64,000 bases of DNA. Source: an uncultured Trueperaceae bacterium (GTDB lineage Bacteria; Deinococcota; Deinococci; Deinococcales; Trueperaceae). The stretch's first letter is position 1, and each line of letters starts with the position of its first letter. Positions 8,798 to 19,086 of the stretch are shown here, in pieces. The notes under the pieces are model-generated. The model was not told where the DNA came from and ran no database searches. It saw only the letters and a list, made by a program, of their open reading frames with translations. The translations under genes and the position numbers were made by a program. The stretch spans positions 864,001 through 928,000 of the forward strand of contig CAVSGP010000004.1 of NCBI GenBank assembly GCA_963727505.1, in the 5' to 3' direction.

Positions 8798-9799
8798 TCA
8801 ATGACAGCTCGCGCTGCCGCTGTCGGTGAAGGTCTTGCCGGGTTCCGGCACGAAGCGCCAGTCGTACCCCGACGGCCGTAGCGTCAGCGCCAGCACCCCG
8901 AAGGTGTCGTCGTTGTGCACCTGGCTGTGGGAGAGGATCGTACCGGAGATCGGGTAGTGGTTCTTCCCGCCTGTCCCGACGACGAACTGCCGGATCCCGT
9001 TGGCGGCGTCCAGCGTCCCGTCGGCGTCCTGCGGCGCGAAGCGCTCGTAATCGTGATCGTGCCCCGAGAGCACGATCTCTGCGCCCCCGTCCTGCAGGGC
9101 CTGCCACAGCGCCGCCATCGTGGCGTGGCTGCCGTGCTCGCCGGAGCTGAAGCGCGGATGGTGCCAGTAGGCCAACGCGCAGGTCGTGGGATGCGCGGCC
9201 AGGTCCGCGCGCAGCCACGCCTCCTGGGGTGAGCCCACGCCGCACCCTCCCGCCTGAGAGCAGTTCGAGTTCAGCGAGATCAGATGCCACGAACCCACGT
9301 CGTAGCTGTAGTAGCCCTTCGAGGGATCGCCGGCCACCGCGCCGAAATAGCCGAAGTAACCCGCAGCCTTGCTGGTCAGATACTCGTGGTTGCCGGGGGC
9401 GGGTTTCGTCTTCGCCTTCAGGCGCCCCCAGCTCGGACCGTACGACTGACGGTACTTGGCGAGGGCCCCATTCTCGTACTGATTGTCCCCCAGCGTCAGC
9501 ACCGCGTCGGGATCGAGGCCGAGCAGCAGGTCGGAGGTCACCCCCATGTGGCAGGAGGTCGACGTGCCGGACCCACCCTTGAAACTCCCCGAGGAAGGGT
9601 CGCACGCGATGTCTCCTGCCGCCGCCACGGTGACCACGGCGGCGCCGGCAGCGCGCGGACCGTCGCACCCCACAGCGAGGAACAGCAGCGCGCCCAGGAA
9701 GACGGGGAGCGTGCGCAGCCGTGTCCGGCCACGCGACCCCGCGCCTGCCAGCCCCGGCCTGGTCGTCGGACGGCTCCACGATCCGAACCTCCGGGGCAT
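8798..9799 (-). CDS. Exported calcineurin-like metallophosphoesterase (lipoprotein)
   Basis: AGDIA, LGDNQY, PGNHEY, WHHP, SGHDHDYER motifs; lipobox LAVGC. Confidence 0.85.
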   Translation of the reverse strand: MPRRFGSWSRPTTRPGLAGAGSRGRTRLRTLPVFLGALLFLAVGCDGPRAAGAAVVTVAAAGDIACDPSSGSFKGGSGTSTSCHMGVTSDLLLGLDPDAVLTLGDNQYENGALAKYRQSYGPSWGRLKAKTKPAPGNHEYLTSKAAGYFGYFGAVAGDPSKGYYSYDVGSWHLISLNSNCSQAGGCGVGSPQEAWLRADLAAHPTTCALAYWHHPRFSSGEHGSHATMAALWQALQDGGAEIVLSGHDHDYERFAPQDADGTLDAANGIRQFVVGTGGKNHYPISGTILSHSQVHNDDTFGVLALTLRPSGYDWRFVPEPGKTFTDSGSASCH

Positions 9800-9896
9800 C
9801 ACCGGTCGACCTTCCGCCCCGGCCGGGCGGGACCGGCAAACACGTGCGGGGTCGGGCGCCCGCTGGGCGCCCGACCCCCCCTTCCCGCCTGCAACG

Positions 9897-10565
9897 TCAC
9901 GGATTGTCCATCTGGTAGGCAGCCACGAGGTTCGACAGCAGTTGCTCCGACTGTCCCAGCACGGCGCCTTCCACCGCCTTGTTCGGGCCGTTCTCGTCGA
10001 CAACGTTCTCGTCGAAGCCCTGGAAGTGCAATCCCGCCAGCGTGGGGTCATCGGAGTTCCGCTGCTCCGGGGAAGCGTACTGGCCCACCTGCACCCAGAT
10101 GGCGTAGCTGAACGGATGGCGCCCGTAGCGCCGGTAGACGTTCGGGTCGAGCGCGGTGATGCGGATGTCGACCGCCAGGTAGGCGGCGTTCCCGACGCAC
10201 GATCCCCGGTGCAGCGTCGCTCCATGGACAAGCCTGTTCGTGAGCGCGCCCATCGCGTGGGTCACGCCCGGAAGAAGCGTCTTCTGCGCTCCGCCGCGCC
10301 TCGACGGCGTCAAGCCGTCGAGATGGACGGCAACCGAGTCCCGGTCGACGCACATCGTGACGCGTTTCAAGGCGTGCAGCAGGTTGTCCTGATCGCCCTC
10401 GTCCTTCTGACCGCCTGCCCACACCGCGACGGGCGCGACGAGGAGCAGTGCGACCAGCAGGGTCTTGGCCAGACGACCGTGACGAGCCGGTCGTGCGGAT
10501 CGGCTCTGGCGCAGCCGGGCCAGAGCCCGGCCCATCGCGCCCGTTCTCTCGCGGCTCAGTGGCAT
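9897..10565 (-). CDS. Hypothetical exported protein
   Basis: Signal-peptide-like LLVALLLVAPVAVWA; sits co-oriented between two phosphoesterase genes; start uncertain. Confidence 0.6.
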   Translation of the reverse strand: MPLSRERTGAMGRALARLRQSRSARPARHGRLAKTLLVALLLVAPVAVWAGGQKDEGDQDNLLHALKRVTMCVDRDSVAVHLDGLTPSRRGGAQKTLLPGVTHAMGALTNRLVHGATLHRGSCVGNAAYLAVDIRITALDPNVYRRYGRHPFSYAIWVQVGQYASPEQRNSDDPTLAGLHFQGFDENVVDENGPNKAVEGAVLGQSEQLLSNLVAAYQMDNP

Positions 10566-12382
10566 GATGCACTCCCTGTATCGGTGAAGGTGCCGTTGTC
10601 CGGGACGAACGTGAACGAGTAGCTGTCCGGCTTGAGCACCATCTTCAGGACCCCCATCGTGCCGGAGTCGGTCACGATGCTGTTGGGAAGCGGCGTCCCG
10701 ACGTGGGTGGGGTTCTTGCCGCCGGTCCCCACCACGAACTCGACGATGCCGTTGGGATCGGCGTTGCCATTCACGTCCTGCGGGCCGAAGCGCTCGTAGT
10801 TGTGGTCGTGACCGTTGAGCACGATGTCAGCGTCGTAGTCCATCAGCGCCTGCCACAGGTCCTGCGTCCACCAGCGACCACCGATGGCGCCGGAACTGAA
10901 CAGCGGATGGTGCCAGAAGGCCAGCGTGCACGCCCGCGGGTGCGCAGCCAGATCCTGGCGGAGCCACAGCTCCTGAGGGGACCCCGCGCGGCATCCGCCC
11001 GCCTTGGAGCAGTTGGAATTCAGCGCCACGAAATGCCAGTTCCCCAGGTCGAAGCTGTAGTACCCCTTGCTCGGGTCCCCCGCGGCCGCGCCGAAGTACT
11101 GGTAGTAACCGGACGCTCCGTCGGTGATGTACTCGTGGTTGCCGACGGAGGGGAAGGTGATGTTCTTGAGGCGGCCCCAGGTCGGGTCGTACGAGCCGTA
11201 GAACTGATCGAGCGCGCCCTTCTCGTACTGCGTGTCCCCAAGCGTCAGCACGGCGTCCGGGTTCATGTCGACCAGCAGGTTCGACGTGTAGAGCTCACGG
11301 CAGTCCTTCGAGGTTCCGAGGCCGCCGTTGAACTTCGTCGAGGTGGTGTCGCAAGCGATATCCCCCGCTACGCCGATGACCACCGTTCCCTGCACCACCA
11401 TCGGGATCGTGGCGCGTACCACCGTGTTGTCGGTGTCCTTGACGCTCAGGACGGCGTCGTAGCTGCCGCTGTCGGGATAGGTGTAGCTCTGCCCGCTGCC
11501 GCTGTTGCAGTCCGGGTAGCTGAACTCGGGCGTCCCATCGCCGTTGACATCGAGGGTGCAGGACAGCGCCTGGCCCTCGGCCGACGAGGCCGACCACGTG
11601 AAGGTGGCCGGCTCCCCCCGGCTCGCCGGGTTGGGATCGGCCGAGAAGCTGTCCACGCTCGGCGGGTGGTTGTCGATCAGGGTCTGCACGTTCAAGGTCG
11701 GTGGCGCCGTGGGCTGCCCGTCGTAGGACCACGCAACCCGGGTACCGGAACCGGTGATCATCAGCACGATGGCGTTCCCCGCAACCCATCCGGGACGGTT
11801 CACGATCTCCTGGATGACGGGGGCCAGGTCGGCCGTCCGCTGGTCCGCTCCCTGATCACCCGAGATCCAGGTGGGCGGGGTCCACGTCACCGACGCCGCC
11901 GTCATCTTTCGGCTCGTCAGATCGTAGTTGTGCGACGTCAACGGCTCGGCGTTGTCGGCCGCCTCAGCACGAACTTGAAGTGAGACCGGGCCGCTGGTCG
12001 TGCTGGCAGCAGCGAACTGCACGAAGGCGTGCGTGACCGGAGACTTCGGCGCCAGGTCCACGTTTCCGAAGTACATACCGATGGTCTGGTTGGTGGCCCC
12101 GTCGACGATCTCGAGTTGCTTGCTGCTCCGGTTCACCCTGCCGTCGGAATACTCTTCGGCATCGGAGCCGCCATCGGCCACGGGCACGACGACCTGCTCA
12201 GGAACGATGATCTGCGTTCGCATGCCCGGACGCGGCGCCACGGTCTTCGGCGCCTTGGGAGCTGAAGGCGCGCCGCAGCCCGCCAACGCCACGATGACCA
12301 GGACGCTCAGCGGGAGCCGCGATCGCCGGAGGATGCCCCGCCCCTCGGAGCCACCCTCCATCACTGCTTCTCTCTTCAACAT
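10556..12382 (-). CDS. Multidomain lipoprotein metallophosphoesterase with PKD domain
   Basis: Lipobox LAGC; PKD-like YTYPDSGSYDAVLSVKD; AGDIA, LGDTQY, VGNHEY, NGHDHNYER motifs. Confidence 0.85.
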   Translation of the reverse strand: MLKREAVMEGGSEGRGILRRSRLPLSVLVIVALAGCGAPSAPKAPKTVAPRPGMRTQIIVPEQVVVPVADGGSDAEEYSDGRVNRSSKQLEIVDGATNQTIGMYFGNVDLAPKSPVTHAFVQFAAASTTSGPVSLQVRAEAADNAEPLTSHNYDLTSRKMTAASVTWTPPTWISGDQGADQRTADLAPVIQEIVNRPGWVAGNAIVLMITGSGTRVAWSYDGQPTAPPTLNVQTLIDNHPPSVDSFSADPNPASRGEPATFTWSASSAEGQALSCTLDVNGDGTPEFSYPDCNSGSGQSYTYPDSGSYDAVLSVKDTDNTVVRATIPMVVQGTVVIGVAGDIACDTTSTKFNGGLGTSKDCRELYTSNLLVDMNPDAVLTLGDTQYEKGALDQFYGSYDPTWGRLKNITFPSVGNHEYITDGASGYYQYFGAAAGDPSKGYYSFDLGNWHFVALNSNCSKAGGCRAGSPQELWLRQDLAAHPRACTLAFWHHPLFSSGAIGGRWWTQDLWQALMDYDADIVLNGHDHNYERFGPQDVNGNADPNGIVEFVVGTGGKNPTHVGTPLPNSIVTDSGTMGVLKMVLKPDSYSFTFVPDNGTFTDTGSASCH

Positions 12383-12461
12383 GCTCTCCCCCTTCCTCCA
12401 GAGGTCGTACCCGCGTCGACGCAACACCGACGCCGCGCTCGACACCGGGGGTGGAGACGAA

Positions 12462-13553
12462 TCACGCTTCCACCGCGGTGGAACCCGCCTGCAGCGCCGC
12501 TAGATCTAGATCCTGGATCTCGATCCGCTCGGTGAGTTGTTTGATGTCCTGGACGCGGTCCTTCGCAACCAGCAGAACGACGCCGCCGCGCCGAACCACC
12601 ACGATGTCGCGAACGCCGAGGGTCGCGATGACGCCTTCGTCATCGTCGTTGTAAACGATGCTTCCCTCCGTCTCGATGCCGACGTGCCGCCCAACGATCG
12701 TGTTGCGCAGCTCGCCGTCCGCCGTACGGACACGCTCCAATGCGCCCCAGTCGCCGAGATCGTCCCAACCGAAGCTGGCGGGCACCACGTAGGCGCGCTT
12801 GGTCTTCTCCAGGACCGCGTAATCGAGGCTCCGCTTGGGGAGCCGACCGTACGCGTAATGAACGCTGCCCGTCTCGATAGCGGCTTCCAACGGCCTGAGC
12901 ACGTCCGGCGCGTAGGCGGCCAGCTCTTCGTACATGACGCCGGAACAGAACACGAAGATGCCGGCGTTCCAGCTGTAGCGCCCCGAACCCAGGTAGGTGG
13001 CAGCCGTGCTCAGGTCGGGCTTCTCGACGAAGCTCTCCACACGGAAGCCGGGACCGACGGGCGCACCACGCTTGATGTATCCGAACCCGGTGGCCGGGCG
13101 ATCCGGCGTCATGCCCAGCGTGACGATGCCGCGGGTCTCCACGGCCATCGCCACGGCCGCACCGAGCCCCCAGGCGAACGCCTCCTCGTCCTCGATCCGA
13201 TGATCGGACGGGAAGATCGCCATCGGGACGTCGCCCATGCGGGAGCGCATCTCGAGCACCGCCAACGCGATGGCCGGAGCGGTGTCACGCGCGACGGGCT
13301 CGGTGAGCACGTGATCGAGGGGGAGCTCCGGGAGCTGCGCACGGACCTGGGCCTCGTAGCGCGCCGAAGTCTGCACGTAGACGTTACGCGTGCCACCGCC
13401 GACCGTTCGAAGGCGATCGTAGGTTTGCTGCAGCAGCGTCCGCCCCTTCCCTTCCAGATCCAGGAACTGCTTGGGGTGCTGGGCGGTCGAGAGCGGCCAG
13501 AAGCGCTTGCCCCCACCGCCGGCGAGAATGACCAACGCGACCTTCGGGTTCAT
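12462..13553 (-). CDS. manC: Mannose-1-phosphate guanylyltransferase
   Basis: ILAGGGGKRFWPLS...PKQFL, EP..RDTAPAI, FVEKP, WNAGIF, GWDDLG.W motifs. Confidence 0.92.
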   Translation of the reverse strand: MNPKVALVILAGGGGKRFWPLSTAQHPKQFLDLEGKGRTLLQQTYDRLRTVGGGTRNVYVQTSARYEAQVRAQLPELPLDHVLTEPVARDTAPAIALAVLEMRSRMGDVPMAIFPSDHRIEDEEAFAWGLGAAVAMAVETRGIVTLGMTPDRPATGFGYIKRGAPVGPGFRVESFVEKPDLSTAATYLGSGRYSWNAGIFVFCSGVMYEELAAYAPDVLRPLEAAIETGSVHYAYGRLPKRSLDYAVLEKTKRAYVVPASFGWDDLGDWGALERVRTADGELRNTIVGRHVGIETEGSIVYNDDDEGVIATLGVRDIVVVRRGGVVLLVAKDRVQDIKQLTERIEIQDLDLAALQAGSTAVEA

Positions 13554-14839
13554 ATCGGCCCTCCTTTGCGGGCCGCCGGCGCCGGCACGGCGCTCCGACG
13601 CTCGGACCGGCCGGCCCGAACGAGGGAGAGCGCGAACACGGCGATGAGCGTGAGACCCGTTGTAGCCACCAGCGCAAGGCGCGCCCGATCGTGACGATCG
13701 GTGGCGCCAGGCGCGCTGGAGTCGAAGTCCATGGTGGTGGCGACGGCAACCGTGTGGCGCGTCCCGAGCGCGCGGAGGGCGGTGTCGCCGAACCGCTCGC
13801 TCGGCTCGATCTGGGTGTTCTCACTGAACTCGTTCCAGCTGATCAGCCCGACCGCGTCGGGCGAGGACTGCAGAGCCACGCCGAGCTCGTGCTGGAGTGT
13901 GGCGGTGCCGTCGCGCGGGATCACCATGGACCCGCCGACGAGTCTGGCGTCGAACCCGGGAGCGGCCGGCGCGATCCACAACCCGCCGTCGGCATGGACC
14001 GCATCGCCCATGCTGCGGAGCTTGCCCAGGTAATGCGCAGGGGCGCTGGCGGGGTCTGCCGATGCCCAGTAGTAGGCGTTCCCGTCGACCCCGCCGGACA
14101 GGCGCCGATATCCCTCCACGTTCCGCTCGCTGGCCAGGATCAGCATGTGCGGCCGGAACGTGGCGGCGACGGAGCGGACGTCGCCCGTGGCGACCTTCCA
14201 CGTCCCCGACCAGATCACGACCGGCTCGCCGTCCACCGGGTTCAGCGACGGGTGGTGGGCGAAGGTTTCCAGGAAGTGCTGCAGGTCCATGTCGACCTGA
14301 TCGACCGGGAGCGGATCGCGCTGGAAATCGAGCCCCTGGTAGATGACCCACAGTTTGAAGCCGCGCCGATCCGCGATGGTCGCCAGTTGCTCCAGGCGCC
14401 GGTCGAGCTGGTCGGTCCACTTCCAGCTCACGATGAACCCCTGGATCCCCGCCTCCTGAGCCCATGCGATGTGCTGCTCCATGACGGCGGCATCGTCGCT
14501 GCTGTAGCGCCCGAGTCGCGGATAGTCCGTCTTCGCACGGCCCCAGGACGAGGGGTCGAACCAGATGTAGTAGTAGGCCAGGATCGGCACGGCCTCGGGG
14601 GCGGCGTTGAGGGAGAAAGCCTCGGGGGCTGCGGCGCCCGAGTCTGTCACGACCGGAGCGGAGGCGGGGGCAGCGGCTTGGGCCGCGGGCAGCACCAGCG
14701 CGGCCAGGACGATGAGCAGCTCACACAGCCGTACGCTCACGGGCGACTGCGTTCGAGGGCGCGTGACGGGCACCTCAGCCACTCCCTTCGACTGCCGTGT
14801 GCTGCCCCCGGGAGGTGCCGTCGGCGCCTTCCCGACCAT
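13550..14839 (-). CDS. Membrane-anchored glycoside hydrolase family 99/71-like (endo-alpha-mannosidase-like)
   Basis: AYYYIWF, LGRYSSDD, FIVSW, PGFD and ISWNEFSENTQIEP (ExxE catalytic pair); signal peptide and C-terminal TM helix; start uncertain. Confidence 0.75.
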   Translation of the reverse strand: MVGKAPTAPPGGSTRQSKGVAEVPVTRPRTQSPVSVRLCELLIVLAALVLPAAQAAAPASAPVVTDSGAAAPEAFSLNAAPEAVPILAYYYIWFDPSSWGRAKTDYPRLGRYSSDDAAVMEQHIAWAQEAGIQGFIVSWKWTDQLDRRLEQLATIADRRGFKLWVIYQGLDFQRDPLPVDQVDMDLQHFLETFAHHPSLNPVDGEPVVIWSGTWKVATGDVRSVAATFRPHMLILASERNVEGYRRLSGGVDGNAYYWASADPASAPAHYLGKLRSMGDAVHADGGLWIAPAAPGFDARLVGGSMVIPRDGTATLQHELGVALQSSPDAVGLISWNEFSENTQIEPSERFGDTALRALGTRHTVAVATTMDFDSSAPGATDRHDRARLALVATTGLTLIAVFALSLVRAGRSERRSAVPAPAARKGGPI

Positions 14840-16169
14840 GGCCCCAGGCGCTTCGCGCCTCGGAAGCGCGCGCCTGGCGCCGCCTCCGCCACGCCGGCAG
14901 TCCGCGTCCGACCAGCAGAAGGCCGAGCGCCAGGATCACGCCCGATCCCACGAGCACTGCGATGTCGAGCGTCGTGAGCACCTTGAGCGCGGTGTTCTGG
15001 TCGCGCGAGAGCGCCAGCGGCGCCACCGGCGCGAAGCCGCTAGCGCCCACCACTTGTACGTGGTAGTCCCCGCGCGCAAGGCCTTCGAAGCGCGCCTCAC
15101 CGGCGGCGTCGAACGGCCGAACGACCGTACGTCCGCTCGGGTAGCGCAGCAGCACGCCGCTTCCGACGCTCCGGCCGAAGAGGGCATCGCCCGAACGCAG
15201 CACCGCCCCGAACAGCAGCAGCGAAACGTCCCAGGTCGCACCGGAAGCCACCGTGAAGCGTTGCTGGAAGCGATTGACCACGTTCGCCCCGTCCACCTCG
15301 ACCGATGCCACCGCATACTGCAACGTGGTCGGGATGAGGCCGTTGCGCAACCGCTGCACCCGGTTCGCCATGAGCCAGTGCGGCCCGAAGTCGTTGTAGC
15401 TGAAGCGCGTGCCGTTGCTGGCCTGCAGCGTGATCGCCGCGATGCGCTCTGCGGGCACCGGCGCACCCTGGCGGTCCAGGGCGCGCAGCATCACAGGGTG
15501 GCTCAGCGCCAGTCCCACCTTGACCGCGATGTCGCCCGCCACCTCGACCTCCCGGCTCGGGTGGAACTCGGAGTCGCCCCAGCGAACGAAGCTGACGCGT
15601 GTGTCGGCGTTCAGCTGCAGGTCATCGGGGACGTCCGCCATGAGCCGGTAGGAACCGGGCTCGGTGACCTCGAGGCGTGCGACCCCGTCGGCATCGCTGA
15701 CGAAGCGCCGCTCTCCCAACTGGAACGGGATGCCGGCCAGGGCGGGCACCGTCGTCACCGAGACCACAGCGGGTCGGACGAGTACGGTGGTCTGCCCGAG
15801 CGCGCCGTCGTAAACCGCGTCGCCGGAGAACGCCACGTCCACGGCGTGGCGGCCGGCGGCCGGCGCGTTCAGACGGACCTCGACGGATCCGTCCTCGGCC
15901 GTCCTCGCCCGACGGGAGGCACCCTCGTCCGTCCGGACCTCGAGCGGCCGGTCGGCCAGCGGTCGTCCGGCCGCGTCGTGGAGCACCGCCCGCACCTGCA
16001 GCGTCTCGCCGACCGCAAGCGCGTCCGGAGCGTGGACCGCGATGACGGTCGCCGCCGCCATGGCCACCCCGCACAGAACCGACCCGGACAGGGCGGCGAG
16101 CGCGAACGCGCCTACCAGCACCCTCACGGACCGCCGGAAGGGCGACGCGGCCAGGGACGGGAACCTCAC
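14775..16169 (-). CDS. Exported Ig-like repeat protein with C-terminal membrane anchor
   Basis: Signal peptide, beta-rich segments (AFSGDAVY, F.GL..GDY.V), C-terminal TM followed by a basic tail. Confidence 0.7.
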   Translation of the reverse strand: MRFPSLAASPFRRSVRVLVGAFALAALSGSVLCGVAMAAATVIAVHAPDALAVGETLQVRAVLHDAAGRPLADRPLEVRTDEGASRRARTAEDGSVEVRLNAPAAGRHAVDVAFSGDAVYDGALGQTTVLVRPAVVSVTTVPALAGIPFQLGERRFVSDADGVARLEVTEPGSYRLMADVPDDLQLNADTRVSFVRWGDSEFHPSREVEVAGDIAVKVGLALSHPVMLRALDRQGAPVPAERIAAITLQASNGTRFSYNDFGPHWLMANRVQRLRNGLIPTTLQYAVASVEVDGANVVNRFQQRFTVASGATWDVSLLLFGAVLRSGDALFGRSVGSGVLLRYPSGRTVVRPFDAAGEARFEGLARGDYHVQVVGASGFAPVAPLALSRDQNTALKVLTTLDIAVLVGSGVILALGLLLVGRGLPAWRRRRQARASEARSAWGHGREGADGTSRGQHTAVEGSG

Positions 16170-17515
16170 GTCCGCCGCCTCCGTTCCCGGCGCTCGTCCC
16201 CGCGGAAAGCCGCCAGGAACACCAGGATGGACACCGCCAGGCCACCGCCGTAGGCGACGTAGATGACGGCCCGCTCGGGCGCCGACGGCGACGAGGCATT
16301 CACACGATTGAAGGGGATGACGACCGCCGTTCGCGGCGCCGCCGCGAAGTCGAAACCGCTGGCGATGCTGTTCGCCTGCGCGTCACGCGTCGAGAGCGAC
16401 GGGACGCCCCAGTTGTCCTCGATGAACCGGAGGATCGACGTGAAGTCCAGGGTGGTCGAGTCGACGACGCCGCGGCGCGCGTACGGGCTCACCAGCAGGC
16501 TGGGTACGCGGAAGCCGTAGCCGTGCTCGTCGACCTGTGGAGGGACCACGTGGTCGTACCAGCCACCCCAGTCATCGTAGGTGAGCAGGAAGGCCGACGA
16601 CCTCCAGGCCGAGCTCTGCATGAGGGCCTGTACCAGGGTCTTGACGAATCGTTCGCCCGAGCGGACGTTCGACGGCGGGTGCTCGCTGGGCCCGGAGGGA
16701 ACGATGAACGACACGCTGGGCAGGGCGTTCGCGGCCAGGTCGTTGTAGTACTGGTTCAGGTCCACGATATGGCTGTTGAGGGCGGGGTCGTCGAGGAAGC
16801 GGTCGATGTTGAGCAGCGGCACCCAGATCACCTGCGACGAGCGGTTCCCGACATGCTGGTCGAGCGTTCGGTAGTTGATCGTCGGATCGTAGTTCTGGAC
16901 GTAGAACTTCCAGCTCACACCCTGTCGTTGCAGCAGATCGAAGATCGTCAGGTGGTTCGCGAGGTACTCGTTGATCGGCTGCTGGCCCGAGGTGTCGGGG
17001 ATACCCGCAACCCAGTACAGGTGATTGACGAAACTACCGCCCAGCGCGGAACTGAAGAAGCGGTCGTACAGCACATACTGGTCGGCCATATTCCAGTAGT
17101 AGGAGAGCTCGGTGGCGTCGTAGTGCCCCATGGCCAGCCGCCCGTCCTGGTTGCGCCGCTCGAGCGCGGCGACGAAGCCGTCGAGCCGCCCGTCGTTGTA
17201 CTGCAGCTGGGCGGTGCCCAGGCTATGGCTGGGATCGTCCAGAAGAACGTCGTTGCTACCGATGTGGAAGGGGCGCACGCAGTCACTGGCCGCGGGCGCG
17301 CCCGGGTCGACGGGCATGCAGGCGCCCTTGGGGATGCCATCGGCGCCGGGGTAGGTGCCGAAGTAGTTGTCGAAGGAGTGGTTCTCCTGCATCATCACGA
17401 CCAGGTGTTCGATCGGGGTCGTCGTTGGCGCGGTCGCGGCGCTGGCGACGCCCAGCACCACGACGCTCGCCACCAACGCGACACCAACCACCAGGCGGAG
17501 GCTGCGCTCGGTCAT
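16166..17515 (-). CDS. Phosphoesterase (phospholipase C / acid phosphatase family), membrane-anchored
   Basis: IEHLVVMMQENHSFDNYFG, TYDDWGGWYDHV.PP, GFRVP.LLVSPYA motifs. Confidence 0.88.
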   Translation of the reverse strand: MTERSLRLVVGVALVASVVVLGVASAATAPTTTPIEHLVVMMQENHSFDNYFGTYPGADGIPKGACMPVDPGAPAASDCVRPFHIGSNDVLLDDPSHSLGTAQLQYNDGRLDGFVAALERRNQDGRLAMGHYDATELSYYWNMADQYVLYDRFFSSALGGSFVNHLYWVAGIPDTSGQQPINEYLANHLTIFDLLQRQGVSWKFYVQNYDPTINYRTLDQHVGNRSSQVIWVPLLNIDRFLDDPALNSHIVDLNQYYNDLAANALPSVSFIVPSGPSEHPPSNVRSGERFVKTLVQALMQSSAWRSSAFLLTYDDWGGWYDHVVPPQVDEHGYGFRVPSLLVSPYARRGVVDSTTLDFTSILRFIEDNWGVPSLSTRDAQANSIASGFDFAAAPRTAVVIPFNRVNASSPSAPERAVIYVAYGGGLAVSILVFLAAFRGDERRERRRRT

Positions 17516-19086
17516 GGGTGCACCTCGTAGATCACGATCACGGGTTTGGTGACCACGGTGCCGTCGGGGGCCCGCACGTCCACGGTCTCGCTGTGGACGA
17601 CCCTGCCGTGGTACTTGCGGGCGTAGGCGAGCAACTTGTCGCTGAAGAACGTGGACCGCCCTGCCGAGAAGGTGTCCCAGACGACGTACTGGATCTCCCC
17701 GATGCGGATCTGGTAGTCCGGATTGACCACGGGGTCGTAGGAAGGGTTGCGATGCAGCGGGTTGGGGCTGACGGACAGACCGAGCGCGTTACGGTGCCCG
17801 TAGTACTGCACCAGGTTGGCCATGGACGGCCCGATCGTCATGAAGGTCGTACCCCAGGGAACGCTCGCTCCGATCCAGCGGCCCGCTTCGCGTCCGCCGG
17901 GAACCCCGCCCGATCCGGCCAGGAAGGTGTCGCTCGACGACGGGTGGATACGCGCCCAGGTCGCTGGAGCCAGCGAGCCCGCCACGGCCAGCGTGAGCAC
18001 GACCCCGAGGAGGGCCGCCGGAACGCGCCCCCAGCTCCGCGGCAGCCACCGCACGGGCCCGCGCGCCAGCGTCCGCCCCGCCAGGACGGCCACGGCCGGC
18101 GCGATCGGGATCAGGTACTGGAAGCCCTTGGTGGGCCACAGCGTGAAGAACAGGACCGGCACCACGATCCAGCACAGCAGCAGCAGCTCGCGCCAGCTCC
18201 GCTCGCGGTAGAGCAGGAACAGGCCCGCCAGGGCGGCAAGCAGCACCACCACACCGATGGCAGGCGGCACGACCAGGGCGTAGAAGTCGGGCAGGTGGTT
18301 GGGGCGGCGGAAGAGCTGCCACACCAGGTAGCTCTTGGTCGTACCGCTTCCGTGGGCGCCCGCAAGCACGACCGAGAGCGGGTACGGCAGCATGATCATC
18401 ACGAGCATCACGGTGAAGCCCACGACGTCACGCAGCCGGATGGGCAGCTTGGGCGAAAGCGCGATGAAGGCATAGACCGCACCGACCATGATCAGCCCGA
18501 TCTCCTTGGCCAGGAAGGTCAAGCCGAGCGCCGCTGCGCCGGCGTAGAGCCAACGCGCGCGACGCGACCTGCCGAACATGACCATCGCGAACAGCGCCAG
18601 GGTGGCGAACAGTGTCATCGGTCCGTCCAGCAGGACCTGACGCGAGACCACTACGTGGTACGGCATGAGGGCCAGGATGAGCGCCGCCGCGAGGCCCGCG
18701 AAGCGCCCGTAGAGCTGCCGGCCGACCGCGTGCGTGAGCAGCACGGTGAGCACGCCCACCACGACGGCTGCGGTCCGACCCACGACGTCGCTGAAGTGCC
18801 AGGAGTACAGCAGCGCCAGCAGGAACTGGAACAACAGAGGGTGTGCGCGGAAGATCGGGAACAGGTCGCGCAACACCGGGACCTGCGCCATGGCGGCCGC
18901 CTGCCCGGCGTAGACCGCCTCGTCGCTGTTGAAGCCGACGGCATTGAGCGCGTAGAGCCGCACCGCCACCGCGAGCAGCGCCACCATGGTGAGCGCGATC
19001 GCCTCCACGACAGCGAACGGCACCGTCGCGCTGCCGATGCGCGGAAGGGCGGCGAGGCGCGGCCGGAGCGGGAAGCGGCTATCCAT
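17512..19086 (-). CDS. GT-C glycosyltransferase (GT39/ArnT-PMT-like)
   Basis: FNSDEAVY DE motif, HP motif, LAKE, multiple TMs and a C-terminal extracellular domain. Confidence 0.85.
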   Translation of the reverse strand: MDSRFPLRPRLAALPRIGSATVPFAVVEAIALTMVALLAVAVRLYALNAVGFNSDEAVYAGQAAAMAQVPVLRDLFPIFRAHPLLFQFLLALLYSWHFSDVVGRTAAVVVGVLTVLLTHAVGRQLYGRFAGLAAALILALMPYHVVVSRQVLLDGPMTLFATLALFAMVMFGRSRRARWLYAGAAALGLTFLAKEIGLIMVGAVYAFIALSPKLPIRLRDVVGFTVMLVMIMLPYPLSVVLAGAHGSGTTKSYLVWQLFRRPNHLPDFYALVVPPAIGVVVLLAALAGLFLLYRERSWRELLLLCWIVVPVLFFTLWPTKGFQYLIPIAPAVAVLAGRTLARGPVRWLPRSWGRVPAALLGVVLTLAVAGSLAPATWARIHPSSSDTFLAGSGGVPGGREAGRWIGASVPWGTTFMTIGPSMANLVQYYGHRNALGLSVSPNPLHRNPSYDPVVNPDYQIRIGEIQYVVWDTFSAGRSTFFSDKLLAYARKYHGRVVHSETVDVRAPDGTVVTKPVIVIYEVHP

